A stretch of DNA of 48,914 bases from Nocardioides sp. (GCA_035458105.1 DATIAJ010000254.1:1-48914); one strand, 5' to 3'; numbered from the stretch's first letter, positions 26,823 through 36,635 are shown. Made by a program: numbers and translations. Notes: a model not told the origin generated them from the sequence alone.

Positions 26823-27722
26823 GTGAGGCAGTGGGTGGTGGTCGTCGGCGGCACCAACATGGACGTCGTCGCCCGCACCTCTGCGCCACTCGTCCCCGCG
26901 ACGAGCAACCCCGGCCACACCCGCATCTCCCCCGGCGGCGTGGGCCGCAACATCGCCTCCTGCCTCGGCCTGCTCGGCGCCCCGGTCCGGCTGGTGTCCG
27001 CCGTGGGCGACGACGCCTTCGGCGACGAGGCGCTGCGCGTGACGGCCGCGTGCGGCGCGGACGTGTCGGCCGTACGCCGTGCGCCCGGCGCCACCGGCAC
27101 CTACACCGCCGTGCTCGACGACCGCGGCGAGCTCGTGGCGGCGGTTTCCGACATGGCGATCGTCGACCGCCTCGTGCTCGAGACCGTCCACCTCACCGAC
27201 GCGGCGCTGGTGGTGCTCGACGGCAACCTCGCCCACGCCCAGGCGGCCCGCGTCGTGACCGCGGCCGCGGACGCAGGCGTCCCGCTCGCGTTCGAGCCGG
27301 TCTCGGTGGCGAAGGCCGGACGGCTGGCCGACCTGGTGCACGACCTCTTCCTCGTCACCCCCAACTCCGACGAGCTCGCCGCCCTCACTGGCCGGCCCGC
27401 CACGGACTGGCGCGCCTCGGTCGCCGACCTCCACGACCGGGGCGTGGCGCACGTGTGGCTGCGGCAGGGGGCCGACGGCTCCTGGATGTGCACCCGCGGC
27501 GAGGAGCCGACCCACCTGCCCGCCGTCGCCGCCACCGTCGTGGACGTGACGGGCGCCGGCGACGCGATGCTGGCAGCGTGGGTCGCGGCGTGGCTGGGCG
27601 GGGCCGACCCCGTCGAGGCCGCGCGGCTCGGTCACCGCGCCGCCGCCGCCACCATCGAGAGCCCGCACACCGTCCGGCCCGACCTGGCCGACGTGATCGC
27701 CCGATCCGAGGAGAGCCCCTGA
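26823..27722 (+). CDS. psuK: PfkB-family kinase, probable pseudouridine kinase
   Basis: GGTNMD, SNPG...PGGVGRNIA, LDGNL, EPVSVAK, DVTGAGDA; TGATG-coupled to psuG. Confidence 0.82.
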   Translation: MRQWVVVVGGTNMDVVARTSAPLVPATSNPGHTRISPGGVGRNIASCLGLLGAPVRLVSAVGDDAFGDEALRVTAACGADVSAVRRAPGATGTYTAVLDDRGELVAAVSDMAIVDRLVLETVHLTDAALVVLDGNLAHAQAARVVTAAADAGVPLAFEPVSVAKAGRLADLVHDLFLVTPNSDELAALTGRPATDWRASVADLHDRGVAHVWLRQGADGSWMCTRGEEPTHLPAVAATVVDVTGAGDAMLAAWVAAWLGGADPVEAARLGHRAAAATIESPHTVRPDLADVIARSEESP

Positions 27723-28624
27723 TGCTGACGATCACCGACGAGGTCCGCGACGCGCTCGCGTCGGGGCAGCCCGTCGTGGCGCTGGAGAGCACGATCATCA
27801 GCCACGGCATGCCCTACCCCCAGAACGTGGAGATGGCGCGCACCGTCGAGGGCATCGTCCGCGACGGCGGCGCGGTGCCGGCCACGATCGCCGTGCTCCA
27901 CGGCAGGCCCACCATCGGGCTGTCCGCCGACGACCTGGAGCTGCTGGCGTCCGACGAGTCCGTCATGAAGGTCTCGATCCGCGACCTGCCCTACGTCGTC
28001 TCGCGCGGGCTCCACGGGGCGACGACGGTCGCGTCGACGATGCGGCTGGCGGCCCTCGCCGGCATCCGCGTCTTCGTGACGGGAGGGCTCGGCGGCGTGC
28101 ACCGCGGGGCGGAGACGTCGTACGACGTGTCGGCCGACCTCACCGAGCTGTCGACGACCTCGGTCGCGGTGGTGTGCGCCGGCGTGAAGAGCATCCTCGA
28201 CATCGGGCTGACGCTGGAGAAGCTCGAGACGCTCGGGGTGCCCGTCCTGGGCTACGGCACCGACGAGTTCCCGTCGTTCTTCTCGCGCTCGTCGGGGTTC
28301 GGGGCGCCGATGCGCGTCGACTCCCCCGCCGAGGTCGCCGCGCTGATGCAGGCCAAGTGGGACCTCGGGCTGGCCGGTGGCATCGTCGTCGCCAACCCGA
28401 TCCCCGCCGAGTCGGAGATCCCCGCCGAGGAGATCGGCGGCATCATCGAGCAGGCGCTCGCCGACATGGACTCCCTCGGCATCACCGGCAAGGACGCCAC
28501 GCCCTACCTGCTGGGCCGCATCGTCGAGATCAGCGACGGCGCCTCGCTCGCGGCCAACATCGCGCTCGTCGAGCACAACGCCCGGCTCGGCGCGGCCATC
28601 GCGCGCGAGCACGCGTCCGGCTAG
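27722..28624 (+). CDS. psuG: Pseudouridine-5'-phosphate glycosidase
   Basis: VVALESTIISHGMPYPQN, GATTVASTM, TGGLGGVHRG, DVSADL.EL, GVKSILD, GKDATPYLL. Confidence 0.96.
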   Translation: MLTITDEVRDALASGQPVVALESTIISHGMPYPQNVEMARTVEGIVRDGGAVPATIAVLHGRPTIGLSADDLELLASDESVMKVSIRDLPYVVSRGLHGATTVASTMRLAALAGIRVFVTGGLGGVHRGAETSYDVSADLTELSTTSVAVVCAGVKSILDIGLTLEKLETLGVPVLGYGTDEFPSFFSRSSGFGAPMRVDSPAEVAALMQAKWDLGLAGGIVVANPIPAESEIPAEEIGGIIEQALADMDSLGITGKDATPYLLGRIVEISDGASLAANIALVEHNARLGAAIAREHASG

Positions 28625-28636
28625 CGACGGGTCGGC

Positions 28637-30346
28637 TCAGGGAACGGGCAGCTCGACCCATGCCGCGGTGTCGGGCGGGACGAGGCGACCCCCCGGCAGC
28701 GGTCCGCTGGAGATCAGCACACGACCCGCGATCGGCATGTCGTCCGCGCCCAGGTTGACCAGGCACTGGAAGCGGTCGCCACGCTGGAAGTGCAGCACCT
28801 CCTCGGGCGCCGGGAGCCACTCCAGGGGCCGGTGCCCACGGTGAGCGGTGTCCCGACGGATCCGGAGGGCGGCGCGGTAGAGGCTCAGCATCGAGCCCGG
28901 GTCGCGGTCCTGCGCCTCGACGGTGAGCTCGCTCCAGCGGGCGGGCTGCGGGAGCCAGGGCGTCGTCCCCGGGGGCGAGAAGCCGAACGGCGGGCGGGCT
29001 CCCTCCCATGGCAGTGGCACGCGACAGCCGTCCCGGCCCGGCGCGGCGCCGCCCGATCGGTGGAAGACCGGGTCCTGCCTGACAGCGTCGGGCAGATCCT
29101 CGACCTCGTCGAGGCCGAGCTCCTCTCCCTGGTAGAGGTAGGCACCGCCGGGCAGCGCCAGGGTGAGCAGGATCGCGGCGCGAGCGCGGCGGGTCCCGAG
29201 CTCGAGGTCGGCCGGCTCGCGGGAGCCGCCTCCCCACAGCTGCCACCCCGCGTCGCGTCCGAACCGCGTCACGTGCCGGACCTCGTCATGGCTCGACATC
29301 GCCCACGTGGCCGGCGCGCCCAGCGGCTCGAGGGCGCGGAGCGTGCCGTCGACGGCCGCCCGGAGCTCGGCGGCGGTCCAGCCGGCGTGGACGTAGTCGA
29401 AGTTGAACGCGGTGTGCAGCTCGTCGGGACGGACGTAGCGCGCGAGCCGGTCGGGGCCGTTGACCACGGCTTCGGCGACGAAGATGCGGTCCCCGACGTA
29501 CGAGTCGCTCAGCGCCCGCCACCGACGCATGACGTCGTGCACGCCGTCCACGTCCCAGTGCGGGTTGCCCACCCAGCCCGTCGAGTCGAACGTGAGGTCC
29601 GGCGAGTACACCGCGTCCGGCAAGCCCGTCTCCTTGGCCATCGCAGGGGCGGCGTCCACGCGGAACCCGTCGACGCCCCGGTCCAGCCAGAAGCGCAGGA
29701 TCTCGTCGAAGGCCTCCAGGACCCCCTCTTCCTCCCAGTCGAGGTCGGGCTGTGCGGAGGCGAAGGTGTGGAGGTACCACTGCCCGGGGCTGCCGTCGGG
29801 GTCGTTCACCCTGGTCCAGGCCGAGCTGCCGAAGGCGCTGATCCAGTTGTTGGGTGGCAGGTCCCCGCCGGGTCCGGTGCCGTCACGGAAGTAGTAGCGC
29901 CGACGCTCGGGCGATCCCGGTGGCGCCTCCAGCGCCGCCCGGAACCACGGGTGGTCACTGGAGGTGTGGTTGGCGACCATGTCGACGACGACCCGCAGCC
30001 CCAGCGCGTGTGCCTCGTCGAGCAGGCGGTCGGCGTCGGCCAGGGTCCCCAGGCGAGGGTTGATGTCGCAGTAGTCGATGACGTCGTACCCGCCGTCGGC
30101 CATGGGCGAGGGGTACCACGGGGCGATCCAGATCGCGTCGACTCCCAGGGACACCAGATACGGGAGGCGGCCGATGAGCCCCGCCAGGTCACCCTCCCCG
30201 TCGCCGTCGGCGTCGGCGAAGCTGCGGGGGTAGATCTCGTAGATGACGGCGTCGTGCCACCACGGCGGGGGCGTGTCAGGCGTGCTCAGGGCAGTCTCCT
30301 CGGAGACGTCGGGACCGGGTACGGGGGCGAGCTTCGGGCGGGTCAT
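28637..30346 (-). CDS. GH13 alpha-glucosidase
   Basis: WWHDAVIYEIYPRSFADADGDGEGDL, DGGYDV, DMVANHTS, GVDGFRVDAA, VAEA, SSHD, YQGEELG, RDGCRVPLPW; ATG at 30346. Confidence 0.94.
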   Translation of the reverse strand: MTRPKLAPVPGPDVSEETALSTPDTPPPWWHDAVIYEIYPRSFADADGDGEGDLAGLIGRLPYLVSLGVDAIWIAPWYPSPMADGGYDVIDYCDINPRLGTLADADRLLDEAHALGLRVVVDMVANHTSSDHPWFRAALEAPPGSPERRRYYFRDGTGPGGDLPPNNWISAFGSSAWTRVNDPDGSPGQWYLHTFASAQPDLDWEEEGVLEAFDEILRFWLDRGVDGFRVDAAPAMAKETGLPDAVYSPDLTFDSTGWVGNPHWDVDGVHDVMRRWRALSDSYVGDRIFVAEAVVNGPDRLARYVRPDELHTAFNFDYVHAGWTAAELRAAVDGTLRALEPLGAPATWAMSSHDEVRHVTRFGRDAGWQLWGGGSREPADLELGTRRARAAILLTLALPGGAYLYQGEELGLDEVEDLPDAVRQDPVFHRSGGAAPGRDGCRVPLPWEGARPPFGFSPPGTTPWLPQPARWSELTVEAQDRDPGSMLSLYRAALRIRRDTAHRGHRPLEWLPAPEEVLHFQRGDRFQCLVNLGADDMPIAGRVLISSGPLPGGRLVPPDTAAWVELPVP

Positions 30347-31167
30347 CCCTTGACCGCGCCCGCGAGCAGTGCCTTGGAGAACTGACGCTGGAAGACCAGG
30401 AACACCACGATCGTCGGCGCCATGATGAGCAGCGACCCAGCGTTGAGGAGCACGACGTCGGTGGAGTACTGGCCGACGAAGTTCAGGAGCGCCCCCGACA
30501 TCGTGCGGTGGGTCGGGTCGTCGATCAGCACGATCGCCTGGAGGAAGTTGTTCCACGTCCAGATGAAGAGCAACAGGCACATCGACGAGATGGCCGGCAG
30601 CGCCAGGGGGACCTGGATGTGTCGGAACGACTTCCACCGGCTCGCGCCGTCGATCGCCGCCGCCTCGGACAGCTCCACGGGCACGGACTGGAAGTGGGCC
30701 CGCATCCAGAACACCGCGAACGGCATGAAGACACCGATGAGCGCCAGCACGAGGCCCAACCGGGAGTTGAGCAGACCGTAGTCGCGCATCTGGTGGTAGA
30801 GCGGCACGACGGTCGCCTCGTGGGGCAGGGTGAGGCCGAAGAGCAGCAGGACGAAGAAGATGCCCCCGCCGGGGATCCGCAGCTGTCCGAGGGCGTAGCC
30901 GGCCATCGTCGCCATCAGCGCGACGGCAGGCACCACGCCGAGCACCAGCAGGACGCTGGAGACCAGGAGCGGACTGATGTCGGCGACGCGCCAGGCGTCG
31001 GCGAAGTTGTGCCACTGGGGGTCGGAGGGCCAGCTGATCCCGGACGGGACCGAGCCCTGGGGCTGCAGCGCGGCCGAGAGCATCGACAGCAGCGGGAGCA
31101 CGGCGAAGAGCATGGTGAGGAGCAGCAGCACCGTTCCGGTGCGGCGCTCGCGGGTCGAGCCGGTCAT
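30343..31167 (-). CDS. Carbohydrate ABC transporter permease (MalG-like)
   Basis: EAA motif ELSEAAAIDGAS; 6 TM helices. Confidence 0.95.
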   Translation of the reverse strand: MTGSTRERRTGTVLLLLTMLFAVLPLLSMLSAALQPQGSVPSGISWPSDPQWHNFADAWRVADISPLLVSSVLLVLGVVPAVALMATMAGYALGQLRIPGGGIFFVLLLFGLTLPHEATVVPLYHQMRDYGLLNSRLGLVLALIGVFMPFAVFWMRAHFQSVPVELSEAAAIDGASRWKSFRHIQVPLALPAISSMCLLLFIWTWNNFLQAIVLIDDPTHRTMSGALLNFVGQYSTDVVLLNAGSLLIMAPTIVVFLVFQRQFSKALLAGAVKG

Positions 31168-31168
31168 G

Positions 31169-32107
31169 TCAGTCCTCCCTGAAGAAGCGCTGGAGCGGCA
31201 GGATCACGACCAGGACGAGGATCGTGAGGACGACGCCGAGGGCGCTCGCCAGACCGACGCGGGACTCGGTGAAGCCCAGCTGGTAGACGAGGACCCCGGG
31301 CACCATCGTGGCGTTGCCCGGCCCACCCTGCGTCGACATCAGCACGACGTCGAAGCTGGCGAGTGCGGCGATGACGGTGACGGTCACGCAGACACCGATC
31401 TGGGCCTTCAGACCCGGCAGGGTGACGGCCCGGAAGGTGGCGAAGAACCCGGCGCCGTCGAGCCGGGCGGCCTCGTAGATCGCGGCGTCGATCTTGCCGA
31501 TCCCCGAGATCAGCAAGATGGTGCAGAAGCCGAGCTGGAGCCAGAGGCCGATCAGCCCGACCGAGGGCAGCGCCCAGGTGAAGTCGCCGAGCCACGCCCG
31601 GGTGACCGAGTCCAGGCCGACCAGGCCGAGCAGCTGGTTGACGACGCCGTCGATCGACAGCATCCAGACCCAGGCGATCGCGGCGGCCGCACCGGGGATG
31701 ATCTGCGGCAGGAACAGCGCGGTCCGCGCACCCGTGACCAGCCACTTCTGGCGGAGCTCCTGGAGCAGCGCCGCGATCAGCAGTCCCCCGGCGACCGGGA
31801 CGATCGTGAAGAAGATGATCAGGAAGAACGCGTGCCCGATGGAGGAGACGAGGTCGGGGTCGGTCAGCACCCGTCGGTAGTTGTCCAGCCCGACCCGCTC
31901 CGCGACGGTGATGCCGTCCCAGTCGAAGAAGGAGTACTGGACAGTGGCGAGCATCGGGCGCAGGACGAAGACGCCGTACATCACGAGGGCCGGAAGGGCG
32001 AACAGCCAGCCGCTCCAGCTGCCGTGCCGCCGGCGACGTACCGGGGCACGCCGTGCGACGTCCTGCCCCACTGCCGCCCGGGCCGGCGCCGAGCCGAGGG
32101 CCGTCAT
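31169..32107 (-). CDS. Carbohydrate ABC transporter permease (MalF-like)
   Basis: YSFFDWDG, VGLDNY, IYEAARLDGAG, TQGGPG; ATG at 32107. Confidence 0.95.
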   Translation of the reverse strand: MTALGSAPARAAVGQDVARRAPVRRRRHGSWSGWLFALPALVMYGVFVLRPMLATVQYSFFDWDGITVAERVGLDNYRRVLTDPDLVSSIGHAFFLIIFFTIVPVAGGLLIAALLQELRQKWLVTGARTALFLPQIIPGAAAAIAWVWMLSIDGVVNQLLGLVGLDSVTRAWLGDFTWALPSVGLIGLWLQLGFCTILLISGIGKIDAAIYEAARLDGAGFFATFRAVTLPGLKAQIGVCVTVTVIAALASFDVVLMSTQGGPGNATMVPGVLVYQLGFTESRVGLASALGVVLTILVLVVILPLQRFFRED

Positions 32108-33459
32108 CGCAGCTCCGCCTCGTACGTCGCCTGGATCTCGGCGAGGTAGTCGGCGGGACTGACCCGGCCCTCGACCAGCTCCTGCGTCTGCGCCAGCCAC
32201 TCGGCGTTGATACCGCTCGTGGCGTTCTGCACGAACTGGACCTGGCCGTCGGCCTCGACGAGCTCGGCGAAGCGGGCCTGGACCTCTGCCTTCAGCGTCC
32301 CCTCCGCTGTCGCCGGCGGCTCTCCGGTGCCGCTGGGCGCGGCGCCGCTGTCGACCACGATCTGGCGGGCCTCGGGCGAGAGCAGGAAGTCGAGGAAGGC
32401 CGCCGCGGCGTCCTTCTCGTCGGCGTTGGCAGGAATCCCGAAGTTGGACACCGGGTCCGACATGCCCAGCGGCTGGGCGCCGTCCTCGCCGACCGGGGCG
32501 AGGACGAAGCCGACGCTTTCGCCCATCTGGTCCTGCAGGGTCGATGCGTCCCAGCTGCCGGAGAAGAAGAACAGGGACTCCCCGCGTGTGAATCGGCCCA
32601 GCGCAGCGGTGCCGTCGGTGCCGTTGGTGTCGTCGTTGAAGTAGCCCTGCTCGGCCCACGACGAGACGAGCTCGACGGCCTCGAGAGCCTCGGGTGTGTC
32701 GATGGTCGCTCCGGGGACGTTGAAGACCCAGTCGTTGACGGGCTGGGGGCCCATGGCGTTGTTGACCATGCTCTGGACGGGCAGGACGACCTGTCCGGTC
32801 TGGTTGCCGGCGAGGATCGGAGTGACGCCGGCCGCCGCCGCCGCCGCGAGGTCCTCCTCGAGCTCGGCGACCGTGGCGGGCGGATCGCCGACGCCGAGCT
32901 CTTCGGCGAGCTCCTTGTTGTAGTAGAGCCCGGTCAGCACGAAGCCACTCGCGACGGTGTACTGCGACCCGGAGCCGCGAACGCCTTCGTCGCTGACCCG
33001 GTACATCGCCAGCTGCCCTTCCGGCAAGGAGTCCCAGCCGTAGAGGTCGGCGTACTTGTCGAGGTTGGTCAGCTGTCCGTTGCCGACGATGTCGGCGAGC
33101 GCGTTGATGCGCGCGATGTCCGGCGGGTCGTCCGAGGCGAGCACGCGCGGCGCGTTCTGGGCCTGGACGTCGTCGGGGTCGAAGCGGGTCTCGACGGAGA
33201 CGTTGGGGTGCTTTTCCTCGAAGGCGGCGATGAGAGCCTCGTCGATGGTCTTGAGCCCTGCCCCGTCGTAGAGCGTCAGCTCGATCTCCCCGTCGCCCAG
33301 GTCGGTGCTGACCGACTCCGGCTCCTGGCCCTGGCTCCCGCTCGACTGCGGGCCGGGTGCGCACGCCGACAGCGCAGCCGTGGCTGCCACCGCGGCGGCG
33401 ATCCGTGCCAGCGGCCAGCGGTCGTCGTGAAGGTGTCCTGCGGGTGACCGTCCTGCCAT
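32104..33459 (-). CDS. Sugar ABC transporter substrate-binding lipoprotein
   Basis: Lipobox LSAC, AFEEKHPNV, PPDI, LYYNKEL; SD GGAGG before ATG 33459. Confidence 0.93.
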   Translation of the reverse strand: MAGRSPAGHLHDDRWPLARIAAAVAATAALSACAPGPQSSGSQGQEPESVSTDLGDGEIELTLYDGAGLKTIDEALIAAFEEKHPNVSVETRFDPDDVQAQNAPRVLASDDPPDIARINALADIVGNGQLTNLDKYADLYGWDSLPEGQLAMYRVSDEGVRGSGSQYTVASGFVLTGLYYNKELAEELGVGDPPATVAELEEDLAAAAAAGVTPILAGNQTGQVVLPVQSMVNNAMGPQPVNDWVFNVPGATIDTPEALEAVELVSSWAEQGYFNDDTNGTDGTAALGRFTRGESLFFFSGSWDASTLQDQMGESVGFVLAPVGEDGAQPLGMSDPVSNFGIPANADEKDAAAAFLDFLLSPEARQIVVDSGAAPSGTGEPPATAEGTLKAEVQARFAELVEADGQVQFVQNATSGINAEWLAQTQELVEGRVSPADYLAEIQATYEAELR

Positions 33460-33492
33460 GGCCGTCCTCCCAGTGCTTCGGTTGATTGTGAT

Positions 33493-33504
33493 GGAAACGT
33501 TTCC
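33493..33504. promoter_or_regulatory. LacI-family operator 1
   Basis: Perfect palindrome GGAAACGTTTCC with central CG, between the divergent SBP and LacI genes. Confidence 0.85.
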
Positions 33505-33519
33505 GTGAACTGTGTCACA
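33504..33519. promoter_or_regulatory. Putative CRP/GlxR site
   Basis: CGTGA-ACTGTG-TCACA, 9 of 10 match to TGTGA-N6-TCACA. Confidence 0.6.
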
Positions 33520-33537
33520 GCGGTTATTGGCTGTCAA
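33509..33537 (-). promoter_or_regulatory. Putative promoter of the sugar ABC operon
   Basis: -35 TTGACA (plus 33532-33537), 17-bp spacer, -10 CACAGT (plus 33509-33514). Confidence 0.6.
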
Positions 33538-33615
33538 TGCGCTCTCGCTCCCCGCGAGTGTGGTACTTGCGCGGCGGTTGCTCCCTCACCGGCACCGTTC
33601 TTCTTCCGATTTCTC

Positions 33616-33627
33616 GCAATCGTTTCC
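33616..33627. promoter_or_regulatory. LacI-family operator 2 (autoregulatory)
   Basis: GCAATCGTTTCC, a degenerate copy of operator 1 just upstream of the lacI-family gene. Confidence 0.65.
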
Positions 33628-33649
33628 ATGCTCCGGCTAGGATGTGTGC

Positions 33650-34744
33650 ATGGCAGCCAGGGACCCCCGCGCACCTGTCGCGCAGTCGACCGAGCGGGGC
33701 AGCGACCATCTGCCGGGCCGCCCGCCGCAGGTCAACATGACCGACATCGCCCGGGTGGCCGGGGTCTCGATGGCGACCACCTCACGGGCCCTCAACGACC
33801 TGCCCGGCGTCTCGGCCGCCACCCGGGAGAAGGTGCTACGGGTGGCACAAGAGCTCGACTACGTCGTCTCGCCGGCGGCCTCGACACTCAAGGGCGGGAC
33901 GACGGGCCGCGTCGCGGTGGTGGTGCCCCACCTGTCGCGATGGTTCTTCGGGGAGATGCTCACCGGCATCGAGTCGGTGTTCAGGGCGGCTCGGCTCGAC
34001 CTGATGCTCTACCACGTGGGTGAGTCCGAGAACCGCGAGTCGTTCTTCCAGGAGCTGCCCGCCCGGCGGAAGGTCGACGCCGTGCTCGTCGTCGGGATCC
34101 CGGTGACCGAGGCCGAGCAGCAGCGGCTGTCGCTGATGGGCGTCGAGATCTTCGCCGCGGGCGGGCAGTCAGCGCCGTACCCCTTCGTCAGCATCGACGA
34201 CGCCCAGGCAGGGGCCACGGCCGTCAACCACCTGCTGCACCTCGGACACCGACGGATCGCGATGATCGACGCGATCGACCCCAACGCCGACGCGTGGCCC
34301 GTCAACGGTCGCGCCCGGTCCTACACCGAGGCGATGGAGGCGACCGGGGCCGGCGTGGACCCCGCCCTGTTCGTCAGGGTCCCCTGGGGGGCGGAGCCCG
34401 GCGCCGACGCCATGGCCCAGCTGCTCGGCCTCGCCGATCCCCCGACCGCCGTCTTCGTCCACTCGGACGAGATGGCGTTCGGCGCCCTCCGGACCATCCG
34501 TCGAGCGGGCCTGCGGGTTCCGGAGGACGTCTCGGTGATCGGCGTCGACGACCATCCGCTCTCGGCCCAGCTGGACCTGACCACCATCCACCAGGACGTC
34601 CTCGAGCAGGGTCGGCACGCAGCGCAGCTGGTGGTCGACTCCCTGACGGACGACGGACCGCGGGAATCGGTGGTGCTGCCCACCCGTCTGGTGCTCCGCG
34701 GCAGCACCGCACCGCCGCTGACGCGAAGCTCACCCACTCGCTAG
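33650..34744 (+). CDS. LacI family transcriptional regulator
   Basis: MTDIARVAGVSMATTSRALN HTH; PTAVFVHSDEMAFGAL...GLRVPEDVSVIGVDD; LVLRGST. Confidence 0.95.
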   Translation: MAARDPRAPVAQSTERGSDHLPGRPPQVNMTDIARVAGVSMATTSRALNDLPGVSAATREKVLRVAQELDYVVSPAASTLKGGTTGRVAVVVPHLSRWFFGEMLTGIESVFRAARLDLMLYHVGESENRESFFQELPARRKVDAVLVVGIPVTEAEQQRLSLMGVEIFAAGGQSAPYPFVSIDDAQAGATAVNHLLHLGHRRIAMIDAIDPNADAWPVNGRARSYTEAMEATGAGVDPALFVRVPWGAEPGADAMAQLLGLADPPTAVFVHSDEMAFGALRTIRRAGLRVPEDVSVIGVDDHPLSAQLDLTTIHQDVLEQGRHAAQLVVDSLTDDGPRESVVLPTRLVLRGSTAPPLTRSSPTR

Positions 34745-35139
34745 CGTCGGCGGTCGAACTCGCCGTCCCCGGTCGGCACGATGTCCTTGCCGAGCGGCGC
34801 CAGCGAGATCGGGATGAGCTTGAGGTCGGCCAGGGCGAGCGGGATACCGATGATCGTGATCGCGAGCGCCACGGCGGACACGACGTGGGCGATGACGAGC
34901 CACCACCCGGCCAGGACGAACCAGATCACGTTGCCGAGGAACGACCCCACCCCGGCGGACGGCTTGGCGACGATCGTGCGACCGAAGGGCCACAGCGCGA
35001 ACGTTGCGATCCGGAAGGACGCGATCGCCCACGGGATCGTGATGATCGGGATGCACAGCAGCACCCCGGCGAGCACGTAGCCGAGGAACAGCCAGAACCC
35101 GCCGAAGATGAGCCAGATGACGTTCAGCAACAGGCGCAC
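34741..35139 (-). CDS. YccF domain inner membrane protein
   Basis: Duplicated N.IW....G.W...IITIP/IIGIP...L.P.G repeats. Confidence 0.92.
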   Translation of the reverse strand: MRLLLNVIWLIFGGFWLFLGYVLAGVLLCIPIITIPWAIASFRIATFALWPFGRTIVAKPSAGVGSFLGNVIWFVLAGWWLVIAHVVSAVALAITIIGIPLALADLKLIPISLAPLGKDIVPTGDGEFDRRR

Positions 35140-35178
35140 GTGGCGATCCAACCAGACCGCTGGGTGGGAGCGCCGCGC

Positions 35179-35466
35179 TCAGAGCGCGGCGAGAACCTCG
35201 CGCGGCGGCGGGTTGGTGCGCGGCGCACCTGCGATGACGACCGTCGGCACGACCTCGTCGCCGTTGTTGACGCTCCTCACGTACGCCGACGCCTCGGGGT
35301 GGGCCCACACGTCGACCCACACGACGTCGTCCACCCGCTTGCCGAGCACGAGCTGGAGGCGCTTGCAGAACGGGCAGCCCTTGCGCCAGTAGACGACCAC
35401 CCGGCCCTCGTCCGCCGCGCGCACACCCTCGACGGCCGACACAGATGCGGGTTTCCGGTTGAACAC
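35179..35466 (-). CDS. Glutaredoxin / mycoredoxin-like protein
   Basis: VYWRKGCPFC, VRSVNNGDEVVPTV, TNP. Confidence 0.85.
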   Translation of the reverse strand: MFNRKPASVSAVEGVRAADEGRVVVYWRKGCPFCKRLQLVLGKRVDDVVWVDVWAHPEASAYVRSVNNGDEVVPTVVIAGAPRTNPPPREVLAAL

Positions 35467-35510
35467 GTCGACCAGTATGCCCGCGATCGGATCGCTGCTT
35501 GGATCGCTGC

Positions 35511-35927
35511 ATGGCCTCCCGACTGACCGAGATCTCCCTCGACTGCCACGACCCCGACCTCCTCGCCGACTTCTGGTGCGGCGTGCTGGGCTGGGTCGTG
35601 GTCCACCGTGAGCCGGGCCTCGTCGAGATCAGCCCCGAGCGGGTCGAGGACCAGGCCCTGCTGGACGCCGTGCGCTCCGGGCCCGTCTGTCCGACGATCT
35701 TCCTGGCGAAGGTCGACGAGCCCAAGACGGTGAAGAACCGCTCGCACTTCGACGTCTCCCCGATCGACGTACCGCAGGAGGAGGAGGTCGAGCGCATCCT
35801 CGCCCTGGGCGCGACGCGCGCCGACGTCGGGCAGACCGGCGAGGAGTCGTGGACCGTGCTGGCGGATCCCGAGGGCAACGAGTTCTGCGTGCTCCGGAGC
35901 CTCGCGCCGGGGCACTTCACGCTGTGA
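35511..35927 (+). CDS. VOC (Glyoxalase_6) family protein
   Basis: DCHDPDLLADFW, KTVKNRSHFDV, WTVLADPEGNEFCV. Confidence 0.92.
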   Translation: MASRLTEISLDCHDPDLLADFWCGVLGWVVVHREPGLVEISPERVEDQALLDAVRSGPVCPTIFLAKVDEPKTVKNRSHFDVSPIDVPQEEEVERILALGATRADVGQTGEESWTVLADPEGNEFCVLRSLAPGHFTL

Positions 35928-36487
35928 CCGGTCTCGACGTGCGCCTGCCGATCGAGACCGAGCGGCTGGTCCTGCGCGCGCACCGGACGAGCGACGTCGA
36001 CGACCTCCTCGCCTTCCACTCCGACCCCGAGGTGGTGCGCTACGTGCCCTGGCCGGTCCGCGACCGCACGGCCACCGAGGAGGCGCTGCAGGTCAAGCTC
36101 ACCCAGACCGAGCTCGTCGCCCACGACCAGTGGCTCGTGCTGGCCGTCGAGCTGCGGTCGACGGGCACCGTGATCGGCGAGGTGCTGCTCAAGTGGGCCT
36201 CGGAGGGCCAGGGCGAGGTGGGCTTCGCGCTCGGCCGCGCGCACCACGGCCGGGGCTACGCCGCCGAGGCCGCCACCGCGATGCTGCGCCTCGGCTTCGA
36301 CGACCTCGGCTTCCACCGCATCACGGCCGTCTGCGTCGAGGACAACACCGCGTCCGCCCGGCTGCTCACCCGGCTCGGCATGCGGCAGGAGGCCCGTCTG
36401 GTCGACAACGTCCGCTTCAAGGGAGCGTGGGCGACGCAGCTGGTGTTCGCGATGCTCGAGGACGAGTGGCGCGCCGGGCGTCGATAG
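35924..36487 (+). CDS. GNAT acetyltransferase, RimJ/RimL family
   Basis: IETERLVLR, GRGYAAEA, N.ASARLL.RLGM..E; GTGA overlap with the VOC gene. Confidence 0.92.
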   Translation: MTGLDVRLPIETERLVLRAHRTSDVDDLLAFHSDPEVVRYVPWPVRDRTATEEALQVKLTQTELVAHDQWLVLAVELRSTGTVIGEVLLKWASEGQGEVGFALGRAHHGRGYAAEAATAMLRLGFDDLGFHRITAVCVEDNTASARLLTRLGMRQEARLVDNVRFKGAWATQLVFAMLEDEWRAGRR

Positions 36488-36635
36488 CCCCCAACGCCGC
36501 GGCCCCACCGATCAGGTTGCTCGACGACCGGCGAGGCCTCGACCGTTCCCCCTGTCGGTCTTATCCACGTCTACCCGATGCCACCCGGCGGTTCCACACC
36601 CGCAAGGCGGATGGACAGACCCTGCCCCGCGACGC

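Noticed and set aside
36561-36569. DnaA-box-like TTATCCACG
   Set aside because: Single imperfect copy with no box cluster, AT-rich unwinding element or dnaA/dnaN context.
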